Shown: positions 19,209-29,603 of the stretch, piece after piece
Numbering within the stretch: position 1 is the first letter of the stretch
Layout: each line of letters begins with the position of its first letter
DNA from: Planctomycetota bacterium
GTDB lineage: Bacteria; Planctomycetota; GCA-002687715; CAIWVZ01
Reading direction: 5' to 3'
Length of the DNA: 64,000 nucleotides
Assembly (NCBI GenBank): GCA_044222185.1
Contig: JBGANV010000001.1
Location: 1,920,001-1,984,000, forward strand
The notes under the pieces: model-generated
Told to the model about the DNA's origin: nothing
Database searches by the model: none
Seen by the model: the letters and a program-made list of their open reading frames with translations, nothing else
Translations under genes and position numbers: made by a program

Positions 19209-19984
19209 GGCTGATTCCCTTCGACGTGCGTGGGTTGCGGTTCGACGACGGGGTGGTCGTTTTCCGTGTCCGATTCGATGACGCCGTCACGAAGTCGGAT
19301 GTTGCGGCGCGCGTGCGCTGCGACGACGGGATCGTGCGTCACGATGACGATCGTGATCCCCTCGGCGCGATTGAGCTCCTGGAACATCGCGAGGATCTCG
19401 GTCGTCGTCTTCGAGTCCAGGTTCCCGGTCGGTTCGTCGGCGAACAGGACGGGGGGGCGATTCACGAGGGCCCGCGCGATCGCGACCCGTTGCTGCTGGC
19501 CTCCGGATAGCTGCGTCGGGGTGTGATCGAACCGCGCACCGAGGCCCACCAGCGTGAGGAGTTCGACGGCCCGTTTTCGCGCCTGCCGATCGCTGGGCGC
19601 GCCCGCGGCGTAGGTCAGGGGGAGCATCACCTGCTCCACAGCCGTGGTGCGCGGCAGGAGGTTGAAGCTCTGGAACACGAACCCGATCTTCTTGTTGCGG
19701 ATGAGCGCTCGCCGGTCCGAGGAAAGTCGTCCCACCTCCTCGCCGTCCAACCAGTATTCACCGGACGACGGACGGTCGAGGCACCCCAGGATGTTCATCA
19801 ACGTCGTCTTCCCCGAGCCGGATGAACCCGTGAGGGCCACGAGGTCGCCGCGACGAATCTCGAGAGAGATCCCCTTGAGCACGGGCAGATCCATCTCGCC
19901 CACGTGGAAGGTCCTGCGGATCTCCGAAAGCCGGATCAACGCCGGCGCTCCGTTCGGTCCCGAGTTCGTCGCCACCTCGTTCAC
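19205..19984 (-). CDS. MacB/LolD-family ABC transporter ATP-binding protein (start uncertain)
   Basis: GSSGSGKT, LSGGQQQR, ADEPTGNLD and VTHD motifs. Confidence 0.92.
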   Translation of the reverse strand: MNEVATNSGPNGAPALIRLSEIRRTFHVGEMDLPVLKGISLEIRRGDLVALTGSSGSGKTTLMNILGCLDRPSSGEYWLDGEEVGRLSSDRRALIRNKKIGFVFQSFNLLPRTTAVEQVMLPLTYAAGAPSDRQARKRAVELLTLVGLGARFDHTPTQLSGGQQQRVAIARALVNRPPVLFADEPTGNLDSKTTTEILAMFQELNRAEGITIVIVTHDPVVAAHARRNIRLRDGVIESDTENDHPVVEPQPTHVEGNQP

Positions 19985-19994
19985 CGCGACGACC

Positions 19995-21323
19995 TCAGCG
20001 CCGCCCACCGCGGAACATGGGTGGCGAGAAGGGATTCGTCGTCTGTGGTTGCGCAGCACCGCTGCCTTCACCCGTGTTCTCCCCCACCACCACGTCGTCA
20101 CCTTCCTGGAGGTCGTCGGCCTCGACCTCGGTGACGCTGCCGTCGGACAGTCCGGTCTTGACGGCGACGGAGCGCAACGCGCCATCCAGGAAGACCCACA
20201 CCGTCGACCGGGGTGCGCGCCGCGGTCGCGACGCCGCGCCGTCCTGACGCCTGCCCTCGCCGCGACCGTTTGCCGCGCCAGCCGAATCAGGCGCTCCCGT
20301 CGCCGGCGGCGACCAGCGCAGCGCGGCGTTGGGGACCGCCAGCACGTCCTGGCGGCGGTCGATCACGAACCTCACGTTCGCCGTCAGGTACGGCAACAGC
20401 CTCAAATTCGCGTTGTCCGTGACGATCTCGACGGTGTAGGTGACGACGTTCTGCGTCATCGTCGCGTTCAATCGGATCTTCCGGACCTCGCCGGTGAACG
20501 TCTCGTTCGGGAACGTGTCGGTAGTGAACGTGACCTTCGCCCCGGGCTGGACGTGGCCGATGTCCGCCTCGTTGACCTGCACCAGCACCTGCATGCGTCG
20601 CAGATCCTTGGCGATGAGGAAGAGGCTCGGTGCATTCAAGCTCGATACCACGGTCTGCCCCACGTCGACCTTCCTGTCGATGATCACGCCATCCACGGGC
20701 GAACGGATCGTGCAGTACGCGAGGTTGCGCCGCGACCGCATCAGCGAGGCGTCGGCCGTCGCGATCGCTGCGCGCGCCTGGGCGATGGACGCGTCGGCGA
20801 CGGCGACACCCGCCTGGGCCTGCTCCCAGCCGGACTTGGCTGCGTCGAAATCAGCGGCCGAAAGCGCGCGTGACTGCCCGAGCTTCTGGGCGCGCTCCCA
20901 ATCACGCAACGACTGATCGAGCCGGGCCTGCGCCTGGACGCGGTTCGCCTCTGCCACCTTGAGCTGGGCCTCGGCCTGCGCCATCTGCGCCACGCCGGCC
21001 GCAACGTCGGCCGCATAGACCGTCTCATCGAGTTTCGCGAGGACCGACCCGACCTCGACAATGGATCGGTAGTCGACCTGTTTCCCGTCGCGGTCGAGGC
21101 CCAGCGACGCGATGGGGCCGTTCACCTGGGCGCCGACGTCGACCACGTCCTCGGGGACGATCGTGCCAGTCGCGGTGATCGTCGGAACGATGTCCATCCG
21201 CTTGACCGCTACAGTCCGGTAGGTCGGTGCCTCGGGCCTTTCGTCCCGCTGCTTCCATTGCCAGGCGTAATACCCACCGGCCGCAAGGGCGCAGAGCACG
21301 AGGATCCGGATGAACCACCGCAT
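19995..21323 (-). CDS. MacA-like efflux periplasmic adaptor (MFP)
   Basis: N-terminal anchor MRWFIRILVL; VGAQVNG, IRSPVDG, VGQTV and VNEADIG motifs. Confidence 0.92.
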   Translation of the reverse strand: MRWFIRILVLCALAAGGYYAWQWKQRDERPEAPTYRTVAVKRMDIVPTITATGTIVPEDVVDVGAQVNGPIASLGLDRDGKQVDYRSIVEVGSVLAKLDETVYAADVAAGVAQMAQAEAQLKVAEANRVQAQARLDQSLRDWERAQKLGQSRALSAADFDAAKSGWEQAQAGVAVADASIAQARAAIATADASLMRSRRNLAYCTIRSPVDGVIIDRKVDVGQTVVSSLNAPSLFLIAKDLRRMQVLVQVNEADIGHVQPGAKVTFTTDTFPNETFTGEVRKIRLNATMTQNVVTYTVEIVTDNANLRLLPYLTANVRFVIDRRQDVLAVPNAALRWSPPATGAPDSAGAANGRGEGRRQDGAASRPRRAPRSTVWVFLDGALRSVAVKTGLSDGSVTEVEADDLQEGDDVVVGENTGEGSGAAQPQTTNPFSPPMFRGGRR

Positions 21324-21412
21324 GTCTGGGAGCTCCGTCGGTCCAATCGCCCACTCGATCCCCGGCCAAAGCTCCAGGCGTCTCGAACGGCGTCCGACGG
21401 AACACGTTACCG

Positions 21413-21991
21413 TTGCCCCGATTGGAACCCGACCGAGACACACCGCCGCGGGGCCGCCCGTCGAAGCCGTCCCTGCTCGCCGCCCTGCTCTCACCTGTGC
21501 CAGGGCTTGGCCACTGGGTCCTGGGTCGCGGAGGCCGCGGCTTCATCGCGTTCGCGGCGTTCACGTTCGGCCTGAACCAGATCCTGCTCTCGCGTCTCAT
21601 CGAGACCCTGCGCGACGAGAACGAGGCCTGCGGATTCCTCGTCGCCGGAGCGGCGGTCCTGTTCAGCATGGTCGACGTGCTGCGTACGGGCGTCCTGCGT
21701 CGCAGGGCTGCCGTACGCGACGAGCGCAAACGCCTCCTGGACGCGGGCGTCGACCGGGTGCGCGCTGGCGACCTGCGCGGTGGCCGCAGCGCATTCGAGC
21801 GCGCGTTGGATCTGGACGAGGACGACGCGACCGCGCGACTGCACGTGGCCTGGGCGGAGCGGCTCACGGGACGCCACGTCGAGTGCCTGGGGCACGCGCG
21901 GGCCGGCCTCAGGGTCGCACGAGATCCCGACGTCCGGGCAGCGCTCTCGGCCGAAGTCGAGCATGCGCACGAGGCGCTGCACCGTCGCTGA
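21413..21991 (+). CDS. Membrane protein with PGLGH motif and C-terminal TPR-like helices
   Basis: LLSPVPGLGHW plus 2-3 TM helices; AFERALDLDEDDATAR is TPR-like; start uncertain. Confidence 0.55.
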   Translation: MPRLEPDRDTPPRGRPSKPSLLAALLSPVPGLGHWVLGRGGRGFIAFAAFTFGLNQILLSRLIETLRDENEACGFLVAGAAVLFSMVDVLRTGVLRRRAAVRDERKRLLDAGVDRVRAGDLRGGRSAFERALDLDEDDATARLHVAWAERLTGRHVECLGHARAGLRVARDPDVRAALSAEVEHAHEALHRR

Positions 21992-22003
21992 GCACGTCGC
22001 GTA

Positions 22004-23158
22004 TCAGCGGAGGACGCGGTCGAGGAGGTCCCGCGTCTCCTGATCCCGCGCGAGCGGGCGCAATGTCGCGAGCCGCGCACGATCGAGCGCGGTGCGATCA
22101 CGCGCGATCAGCAGGATCTCCGACGACGACACCATCCCGCGGCGCGCCGTTCGCGCATAGATCACTTCCGTCAGATCTGGACCCTGGAATGCGGCGAGAT
22201 GCTGGTCGACGAGCTTCACGAAGTCCGCGTCCACACCGGGCTGATCCGCCAGGTCGAGCAGCCGACGAGCGGAATCGACGTCGCCACGAAACATCACGCC
22301 CATGATGGCCGCGGAGCGCATGTCTGCAATTGGGTGGTCGGCGGCGAGCTGGCCCGAGAGCTTCACGGGCCGCGCCGACCCCGTGGCGATGCGCATCAGC
22401 AGATCGAGCGTCTCATGGCTCTGTCCCGTCTGCCCCAGGGCGACGAGCGCCTGGACGCGATCGATGTCCGGGCGCTTCGCATCCTCGGCGATGCCGGCGA
22501 AGAAGGGGTCCCGCCCGTCCCAGTCCACGTGTGAGATGGCCGAGTAGGCATGCCGGCGCAACTCGGGGTCTGATTGGTTCTCGGCGAGCCCCGAGATCCG
22601 CTCGATCGCCTTCGGCTTTCCGATCGCGGCCAACGCGTCGACCGCCTGGATCGGGTCGAGCGGGTAGACCTCCGAGAGCACGTCGACGAAGCGCTCGTCC
22701 GGAACCTGACGCACGATCCAGGGGAACCACTTGCGGAACGTGGGGTCGGAGGTCTGCTTGAACACGTCGATCATGTACGGCACGTCGTCCGCGGTCCACG
22801 AGTACTTCAGCTGGTGCAGGTACTCCTGCATCCGTTCCCGCGACACGGCCGTGGCCTCGGTCCCGATCGTCAGCTCCAGGATCCCCTTCATGGCCTGCCC
22901 GACGCGGCCATGGCGAGCATGCAGGCCTTCCAGCCCCGGCGCGGCGTCGATTCGGACCGGACCCGTCATGGTCGAGATCTGGGGCAGCACGGTCGGGAGC
23001 GGGGCAGCCGGCGCCTGAACCGGTGAGGCTTCCACGCCCAGTGGCCGGCCCAGGCGATCCATCCAGCTACTTCCACCGGACGTGGTCGCCGCCGATGCGA
23101 CGACGAACGCCCCGATGACCAACGCGGCAGTGACGACCGTGAGGAGGATGCTTCGCAT
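22004..23158 (-). CDS. Membrane-anchored HEAT/armadillo-like repeat protein, unknown function
   Basis: N-terminal TM MRSILLTVVTAALV; AVDALAAIGKP, LRRHAYSAI and RVQALVALG helical repeats. Confidence 0.65.
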   Translation of the reverse strand: MRSILLTVVTAALVIGAFVVASAATTSGGSSWMDRLGRPLGVEASPVQAPAAPLPTVLPQISTMTGPVRIDAAPGLEGLHARHGRVGQAMKGILELTIGTEATAVSRERMQEYLHQLKYSWTADDVPYMIDVFKQTSDPTFRKWFPWIVRQVPDERFVDVLSEVYPLDPIQAVDALAAIGKPKAIERISGLAENQSDPELRRHAYSAISHVDWDGRDPFFAGIAEDAKRPDIDRVQALVALGQTGQSHETLDLLMRIATGSARPVKLSGQLAADHPIADMRSAAIMGVMFRGDVDSARRLLDLADQPGVDADFVKLVDQHLAAFQGPDLTEVIYARTARRGMVSSSEILLIARDRTALDRARLATLRPLARDQETRDLLDRVLR

Positions 23159-23297
23159 GACAAGTTGACAGCGAATCGCGTTCCAGGTCCCGACGGCTGC
23201 CAAACTGTCACGACGAGTCGTGCGTGCGCGACGGACGCGGAGGCGAAACGGCGGCAATCTTCCCACTTCCCGGGCAGTCTGCCCAGCGGGGACCCTA

Positions 23298-23313
23298 GGG
23301 AACGGGAGTTGCT
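23298..23313 (+). promoter_or_regulatory. putative sigma54 -24/-12 promoter of groESL
   Basis: gGGAACGggagTTGCT, close to the TGGCACG-N4-TTGCW consensus; no CIRCE seen. Confidence 0.55.
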
Positions 23314-23418
23314 GTCTGCGCGCGCATCGACGCGCTCCGTGCGCGTCTGCACACCGAACGCTCCGACGACCATCCACGCGACTGCCCGACGGCGGTCGCC
23401 CGCCAAGGAGAACAGCAC

Positions 23419-23709
23419 ATGGCAAGCCTGCGTCCGTTGAACGACAAGATCATCGTCCGCCGCCTCGATGCGGAGGATAAGACCAAGGGCGGCATCATCC
23501 TTCCTGAGAAGGCCAAGGAGAAACCGCGCGAGGGCATCGTGAAGTCCGTCGGCGACGGCAAGCTCCTCGAGAACGGCAAGCGCATGGCCATCCAGGTCAA
23601 GACCGGCGACCGGATCATCTTCTCCTCCTACGCTGGCAGCGAGATCAAGGTCGACGGCGACGAGCTCCTGATCCTCGGCGAAGACGACATCCTCGCCGTC
23701 GTCGAGTGA
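23419..23709 (+). CDS. groES: Co-chaperonin GroES
   Basis: LRPLNDKI, TKGGIILP and AKEKP motifs; AAGGAG RBS. Confidence 0.98.
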   Translation: MASLRPLNDKIIVRRLDAEDKTKGGIILPEKAKEKPREGIVKSVGDGKLLENGKRMAIQVKTGDRIIFSSYAGSEIKVDGDELLILGEDDILAVVE

Positions 23710-23774
23710 TCGCGGTCACGCGTCGCGATTGATCGCCAACCAAACAACAAACAGCCATCCCAAGGAAGATCCAC

Positions 23775-25442
<1,668 letters not shown>

Positions 25443-25470
25443 GTCCCAACTCCGTTCGCTCACGCATCGC

Positions 25471-25510
25471 GACGCGGCCGGTACCGAAGGGTGCCGGCCG
25501 TGTTCGTTTC
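25471..25510 (+). terminator. intrinsic terminator after groEL
   Basis: CGCGGCCGGTACC-GAAG-GGTGCCGGCCGTG followed by TTCGTTTC. Confidence 0.75.
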
Positions 25511-26051
25511 CGGCAACGTCGCCGGCCGAACGGGTCGGTGCAGGTCGTGCCGAGGCGAGCGCCCGTGCGTGCCGCCGCGCCTCCGGACCGGGCGGAGCAG
25601 CGCCGTTCCGGGAGCCGAGGCCTCCGATGCCGCGGGTACGCCGCCCCGCCCCCGCGCGACCGGGATCCCGGGCCGGGAAGTCCCAGGGTGACACCGCTCG
25701 TCGCGGACCGCGTGTTCCGCGCGCGATCGCCGGGACCGCTCCGCGTCCTTCCCGCGGGCGACGGTCGGAACAGCATGGCTCGTCGGGAGTCGCCGGTGAT
25801 TCCCGCCCCGGCGATGGCATCGCCTGCGGAACGCCGCGACGGATGGCCGACGCGCGTCTTCGCCGGCCGCCGCCCGGCCCCCTGAACGCCACGCCCACCG
25901 GGATCCCCGGCGGGGTCCGTGGCCTCGGAGTCCTCGGCCGCGGGCCGACAGTCATCGTCGCGCGCTCCGGCGCGCGGGGTCATCGGCTCACCGGCGACCG
26001 CAACCGCTGAGACACTTGATCAACGGCACCGCGAACCCTACTCTCGGCCCC

Positions 26052-26504
26052 GTGTCGACGCCGCGCCCCATTCAGATCCGCCGCCCGTTCGTCGAGTCGT
26101 CGGCGTTCCGGCTTCTTTGCGCGCTGGCCTACCTTCACGCGGCTTTCGTCGGGCCGCTGATCGTGATTTGCAGCGACGCCGACGGCGAGGTCCATGCGGA
26201 GTTCATCGGGGCTTCGTCGTGCGCGTTGTCACACGGCTCCGCGACCCAGTCCTGCGACGACAGGCTGATGGTGAACGATGGCTCGACGGAGCATGACGCC
26301 TGCGGCTCGTGCCACGACGTTTCCCTCGCGCCACCCGCGGGAATGAAGGCGTCCTCGCTCGCCGTGCTCGCGGCGCTCCCGCCACGGTTCGCCTCGCCAT
26401 TTCCGCCGCCGCGGACGGAGACCCACGTCCTCCGTGAGTCCCGAACCCGGCCCGACGCCACGCCGACGCTCGAGGCCAACGTAGCGAGCGTGATGAACTG
26501 CTGA
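26052..26504 (+). CDS. Small Cys/His-rich exported protein upstream of czcCBA (CzcI/DUF2946-like); start uncertain
   Basis: Hydrophobic N-terminus, ICSDADGEVHAE, HDACGSCHD, Pro-rich C-terminus. Confidence 0.55.
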   Translation: MSTPRPIQIRRPFVESSAFRLLCALAYLHAAFVGPLIVICSDADGEVHAEFIGASSCALSHGSATQSCDDRLMVNDGSTEHDACGSCHDVSLAPPAGMKASSLAVLAALPPRFASPFPPPRTETHVLRESRTRPDATPTLEANVASVMNC

Positions 26505-26614
26505 GCGCTCGACGCTCCTCCGGCACCGCCGGCATCCGCTCGAAACCTCCCTCCCACTGATCGACGCCTCCTGGCGCGATCACGTGGATTCCTCGTGCGT
26601 TCCGAGACTCCCCC

Positions 26615-28012
26615 ATGTCCTCACGACCTCCACGTCGGCGAGTGGCGCGCGCCCACCGCTACATCCCGGTCGCGTGTCTCGCGGTCGCCGCGCTCGCCGG
26701 CTGCGGAACCGTCGACCCGTCCGCCGACTACGCCCGTACGTCGGACCTCGTTTCCCGTGCGACCGGCAGCTCGTCGCTCTGGCGGCCCGACGCCGCAGTC
26801 AGCGAGGACGAGATCCGTGCGCGCGCCGCTTCCGCCGCCGCCGACGGACTGACGCTCGCGGAAGCCGTCGACGTTGCGCTGATGAGCAACCGTGCCGTCC
26901 GCGCCGGGTTGTACGACGTCGCGATCGCGAGAGCGGACCTCGTGCAGGCGGGGCTGTGGTCGAACCCATCTTTCGGGATCTCGTTTCGCGCCGCCACCGC
27001 TGGAGGCCCCGGAACGCTGGACGTCTCGCTGCTGAAGTCCCTGACGGACCTCTGGCATGCGCCGATCCGAAGCCGTGAGGCGCGCGCGGCGCTCGACAAG
27101 ACGATCCTCGGTGTCGCCGCATCGATTGCCGACACTGCTGCCGAAGTCCAACGGGCCTTCATCGAGGCCCGAACGGCGCACGAGCAGGCGACGCTCGCGG
27201 TCGAGGCCTGCACGCTCGTAGACCAGCTGCTCACCCTCGCCCGAGAGCGGGCTGCAGCCGGCGCGGGCACGGATCTGGACGTCAACTCGGCCGCGGCCGA
27301 GGCGTCGGACCTGAAAGTTCTCCAGCTTCGCGCACGACTCGACTTCGAGGAGGCGCGCCACGCGCTCGCCCGACTCCTCGCGAGCCGCATCGACTTGACG
27401 ACCGTCGAACTCGCCGACCTCCCACGGTCACGCTTCGACCCGGGCGACGTTGGGGAACTCGTGACTCGCGCCCGTTCGCGCCGACTGGAGCTCCTCGCGG
27501 CGGACGCAGCGGTCGACGAGGCCCGCGCCGCTCTCGCACGAGAGGATGCGGACGCGTGGAAGGTCGTCGACGCGGGAGTCGACGTCGAACGGAGCGACGC
27601 CACCGAGGTGGGGCCTGCATTCGAGATCGAGATCCCGATCTTCGATCAGAACCAGGCGCGGATCGCGCGAGCGACGTTCGTGCTTCGTCAGGCCGAGGAA
27701 CGTCTGGCCCACGGCCTCGACGCCGCCGCGTTGGAAATCCAGGACGGCATCTCCCGCCTCCGCGCCGCACGCGCGCTGCGGGCCCACTACGAATCTCAGG
27801 TGATCGCGGACCGCTCACGCGGTCTCGACCTCGCGCGCGAGTCGTTCCGCGCCGGGAAGACCGCGTTCCTCTCCGTGCTCGAGGCGGAACGCCGCCTCGT
27901 CGCCGCCCGCGCAGGCCTCGTGGACGCCGCGCGGATCGAGGCCCGCAGCCTCGTCGACCTCGAACACGCGATCGGTGAGCCCGTCGCAGCTCGCGCGGAG
28001 TCTCGCCCGTGA
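26615..28012 (+). CDS. czcC: Heavy-metal efflux outer-membrane protein, CzcC/TolC family
   Basis: Lipobox LAGC; ARADLVQAGLWSNP, IPIFDQNQ and SFRAGKTAFLSVLEA motifs. Confidence 0.82.
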   Translation: MSSRPPRRRVARAHRYIPVACLAVAALAGCGTVDPSADYARTSDLVSRATGSSSLWRPDAAVSEDEIRARAASAAADGLTLAEAVDVALMSNRAVRAGLYDVAIARADLVQAGLWSNPSFGISFRAATAGGPGTLDVSLLKSLTDLWHAPIRSREARAALDKTILGVAASIADTAAEVQRAFIEARTAHEQATLAVEACTLVDQLLTLARERAAAGAGTDLDVNSAAAEASDLKVLQLRARLDFEEARHALARLLASRIDLTTVELADLPRSRFDPGDVGELVTRARSRRLELLAADAAVDEARAALAREDADAWKVVDAGVDVERSDATEVGPAFEIEIPIFDQNQARIARATFVLRQAEERLAHGLDAAALEIQDGISRLRAARALRAHYESQVIADRSRGLDLARESFRAGKTAFLSVLEAERRLVAARAGLVDAARIEARSLVDLEHAIGEPVAARAESRP

Positions 28013-28073
28013 CCGCGCCCGTGACCGCGCGTCACCGAAACCAGCTCAACCCGCTCGACGACCGGAGCTCGCA

Positions 28074-29582
28074 ATGACCGCCATCCGATCCACCGCCGCC
28101 GTGACCATCGCCGTTCTGCTCGGTGCCGCACTCGGCGGAGTCGCCACGTGGTCGTTCCTGGGCCATGGTCATGACGAGTCTCACGCGCACGGGGAAACCG
28201 ACGTCGAACATGACCTCGACGGCCACGACCACGGCGAACCGGGCACGGTCCGCATTCTCGCTCGAACCCTCGATGCTCTCGGCGTGAAGACGGCAGCGCC
28301 GCGAAAGGGACGCCTCCCCGACGGCTCCCGGTTGCCAGGCGAGGTGGCGTTCGCCCCATCCCGCGTCGCGCACGTGGCCCCGGTGATCACCGGCACGGCG
28401 CGCGAGGTCCTCGTCGGGCTCGGCGACCGGGTCGCGGCGGGACAGGCGCTCGCCGTGATCGAAAGCCCGGAGTTCGGACAGGCGAAGAGTGACTACCTGG
28501 ACAAGTTCCAAAGCCGGCTTCTGGCGCAATCGGACGCGGAGCGCGCGGCGACGGTCCACGGAAACACCTCGAAGCTGCTCGCCGTGCTCGCGACCGATCC
28601 TGCGGCAGCGAACCTCGAGCGGGACACGCTCGACCTGAAGGTCGGCGAGAACAAGGCCAGACTCCTGCAAACGTACGGTGTGCGCGCCGCTGCCCGGACG
28701 TCGCGGGATCGGACGCGCGATCTCCTGGCGAAACGAATCGCGAGCGACCAGGATTACCTGGACGCGCAGCGAGCCCTGGAATCCGCCGAGGCCGATTACC
28801 GTGGCGCTGTCGAGAGCGTCACGTTCGCGTCCGAGTCGGCGCAGGTCGCGGCTCAAACCCGGCTCCACATCGCGGACGCCGCGCTCCGCGCCGCCGAGCG
28901 GCATCTGCACATCCTCGGTCTGAACGAGGAGCAGGTGCAGAAGCTCTCCACGGGAGGCGACCCCGCCCTCTCGCGGTACGAGCTGCGTGCGCCGATCGCG
29001 GGAACGGTCGTGGCGCAGCATCTGACGGTCGGCGAGCGGATCACGCCCGACCAACCTCCGATCACGGTTGCCGACGCGTCGATCGTCTGGATCACGGCGC
29101 GCGCGTTCGAGCACGATCTGCGTCTGGCCCGGAAGGACGCGGCCGTCGAAGCGACATTGACGGCGTTTCCAGGGCGCCGGTTCCGAGGAGTCGTGCGGGC
29201 CGTTGGCGGGATCCTGGATCCCCGGACCCGTACCGCCGAAGTGCAGGTCGAAGTGGAGAACGCCGACGCCGCGCTGCGTCCCGGAATGTTTGGAACGGTC
29301 ATGCTGACGGCCTCCGAGGAAACGACCCCGGCCGACCTGCTGCCGGAAGCCGCCGTGCAAGACGTCGGTGGCCGCAAGGTCGTCTTCGTCTTGCGCAACG
29401 ATGCGCCTCCGGACGGCGAGCGGGTGTTTGCGGCCGTGCCGGTCGTGGTGGGGCGTCGGTGGGGCGGTGACGTCGAGGTTCTGTCGGGCCTCGAGGGCGT
29501 CATGCAGGTCGCCGTGGCCGGGACCTTCGTGCTCAAGGCGGAGCTCGGCAAGGCCGAAGCCGCCGAATCTCACGATCACTGA
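28074..29582 (+). CDS. czcB: Heavy-metal efflux MFP subunit, CzcB/CusB family
   Basis: TM anchor, His-rich HGHDESHAH..HDH, LRAPIAGTV, DPRTRT and LRPGMF motifs. Confidence 0.85.
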   Translation: MTAIRSTAAVTIAVLLGAALGGVATWSFLGHGHDESHAHGETDVEHDLDGHDHGEPGTVRILARTLDALGVKTAAPRKGRLPDGSRLPGEVAFAPSRVAHVAPVITGTAREVLVGLGDRVAAGQALAVIESPEFGQAKSDYLDKFQSRLLAQSDAERAATVHGNTSKLLAVLATDPAAANLERDTLDLKVGENKARLLQTYGVRAAARTSRDRTRDLLAKRIASDQDYLDAQRALESAEADYRGAVESVTFASESAQVAAQTRLHIADAALRAAERHLHILGLNEEQVQKLSTGGDPALSRYELRAPIAGTVVAQHLTVGERITPDQPPITVADASIVWITARAFEHDLRLARKDAAVEATLTAFPGRRFRGVVRAVGGILDPRTRTAEVQVEVENADAALRPGMFGTVMLTASEETTPADLLPEAAVQDVGGRKVVFVLRNDAPPDGERVFAAVPVVVGRRWGGDVEVLSGLEGVMQVAVAGTFVLKAELGKAEAAESHDH

Positions 29583-29603
29583 TCGCGTCCACGGAGTCCA
29601 CCC

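Noticed and set aside
23160-23418. CIRCE or CtsR operator upstream of groES
   Set aside because: Neither TTAGCACTC-N9-GAGTGCTAA nor GGTCAAA direct repeats are present
25511-26614. NiCo or cobalamin riboswitch upstream of czc
   Set aside because: Conserved core nucleotides are not recognisable by eye
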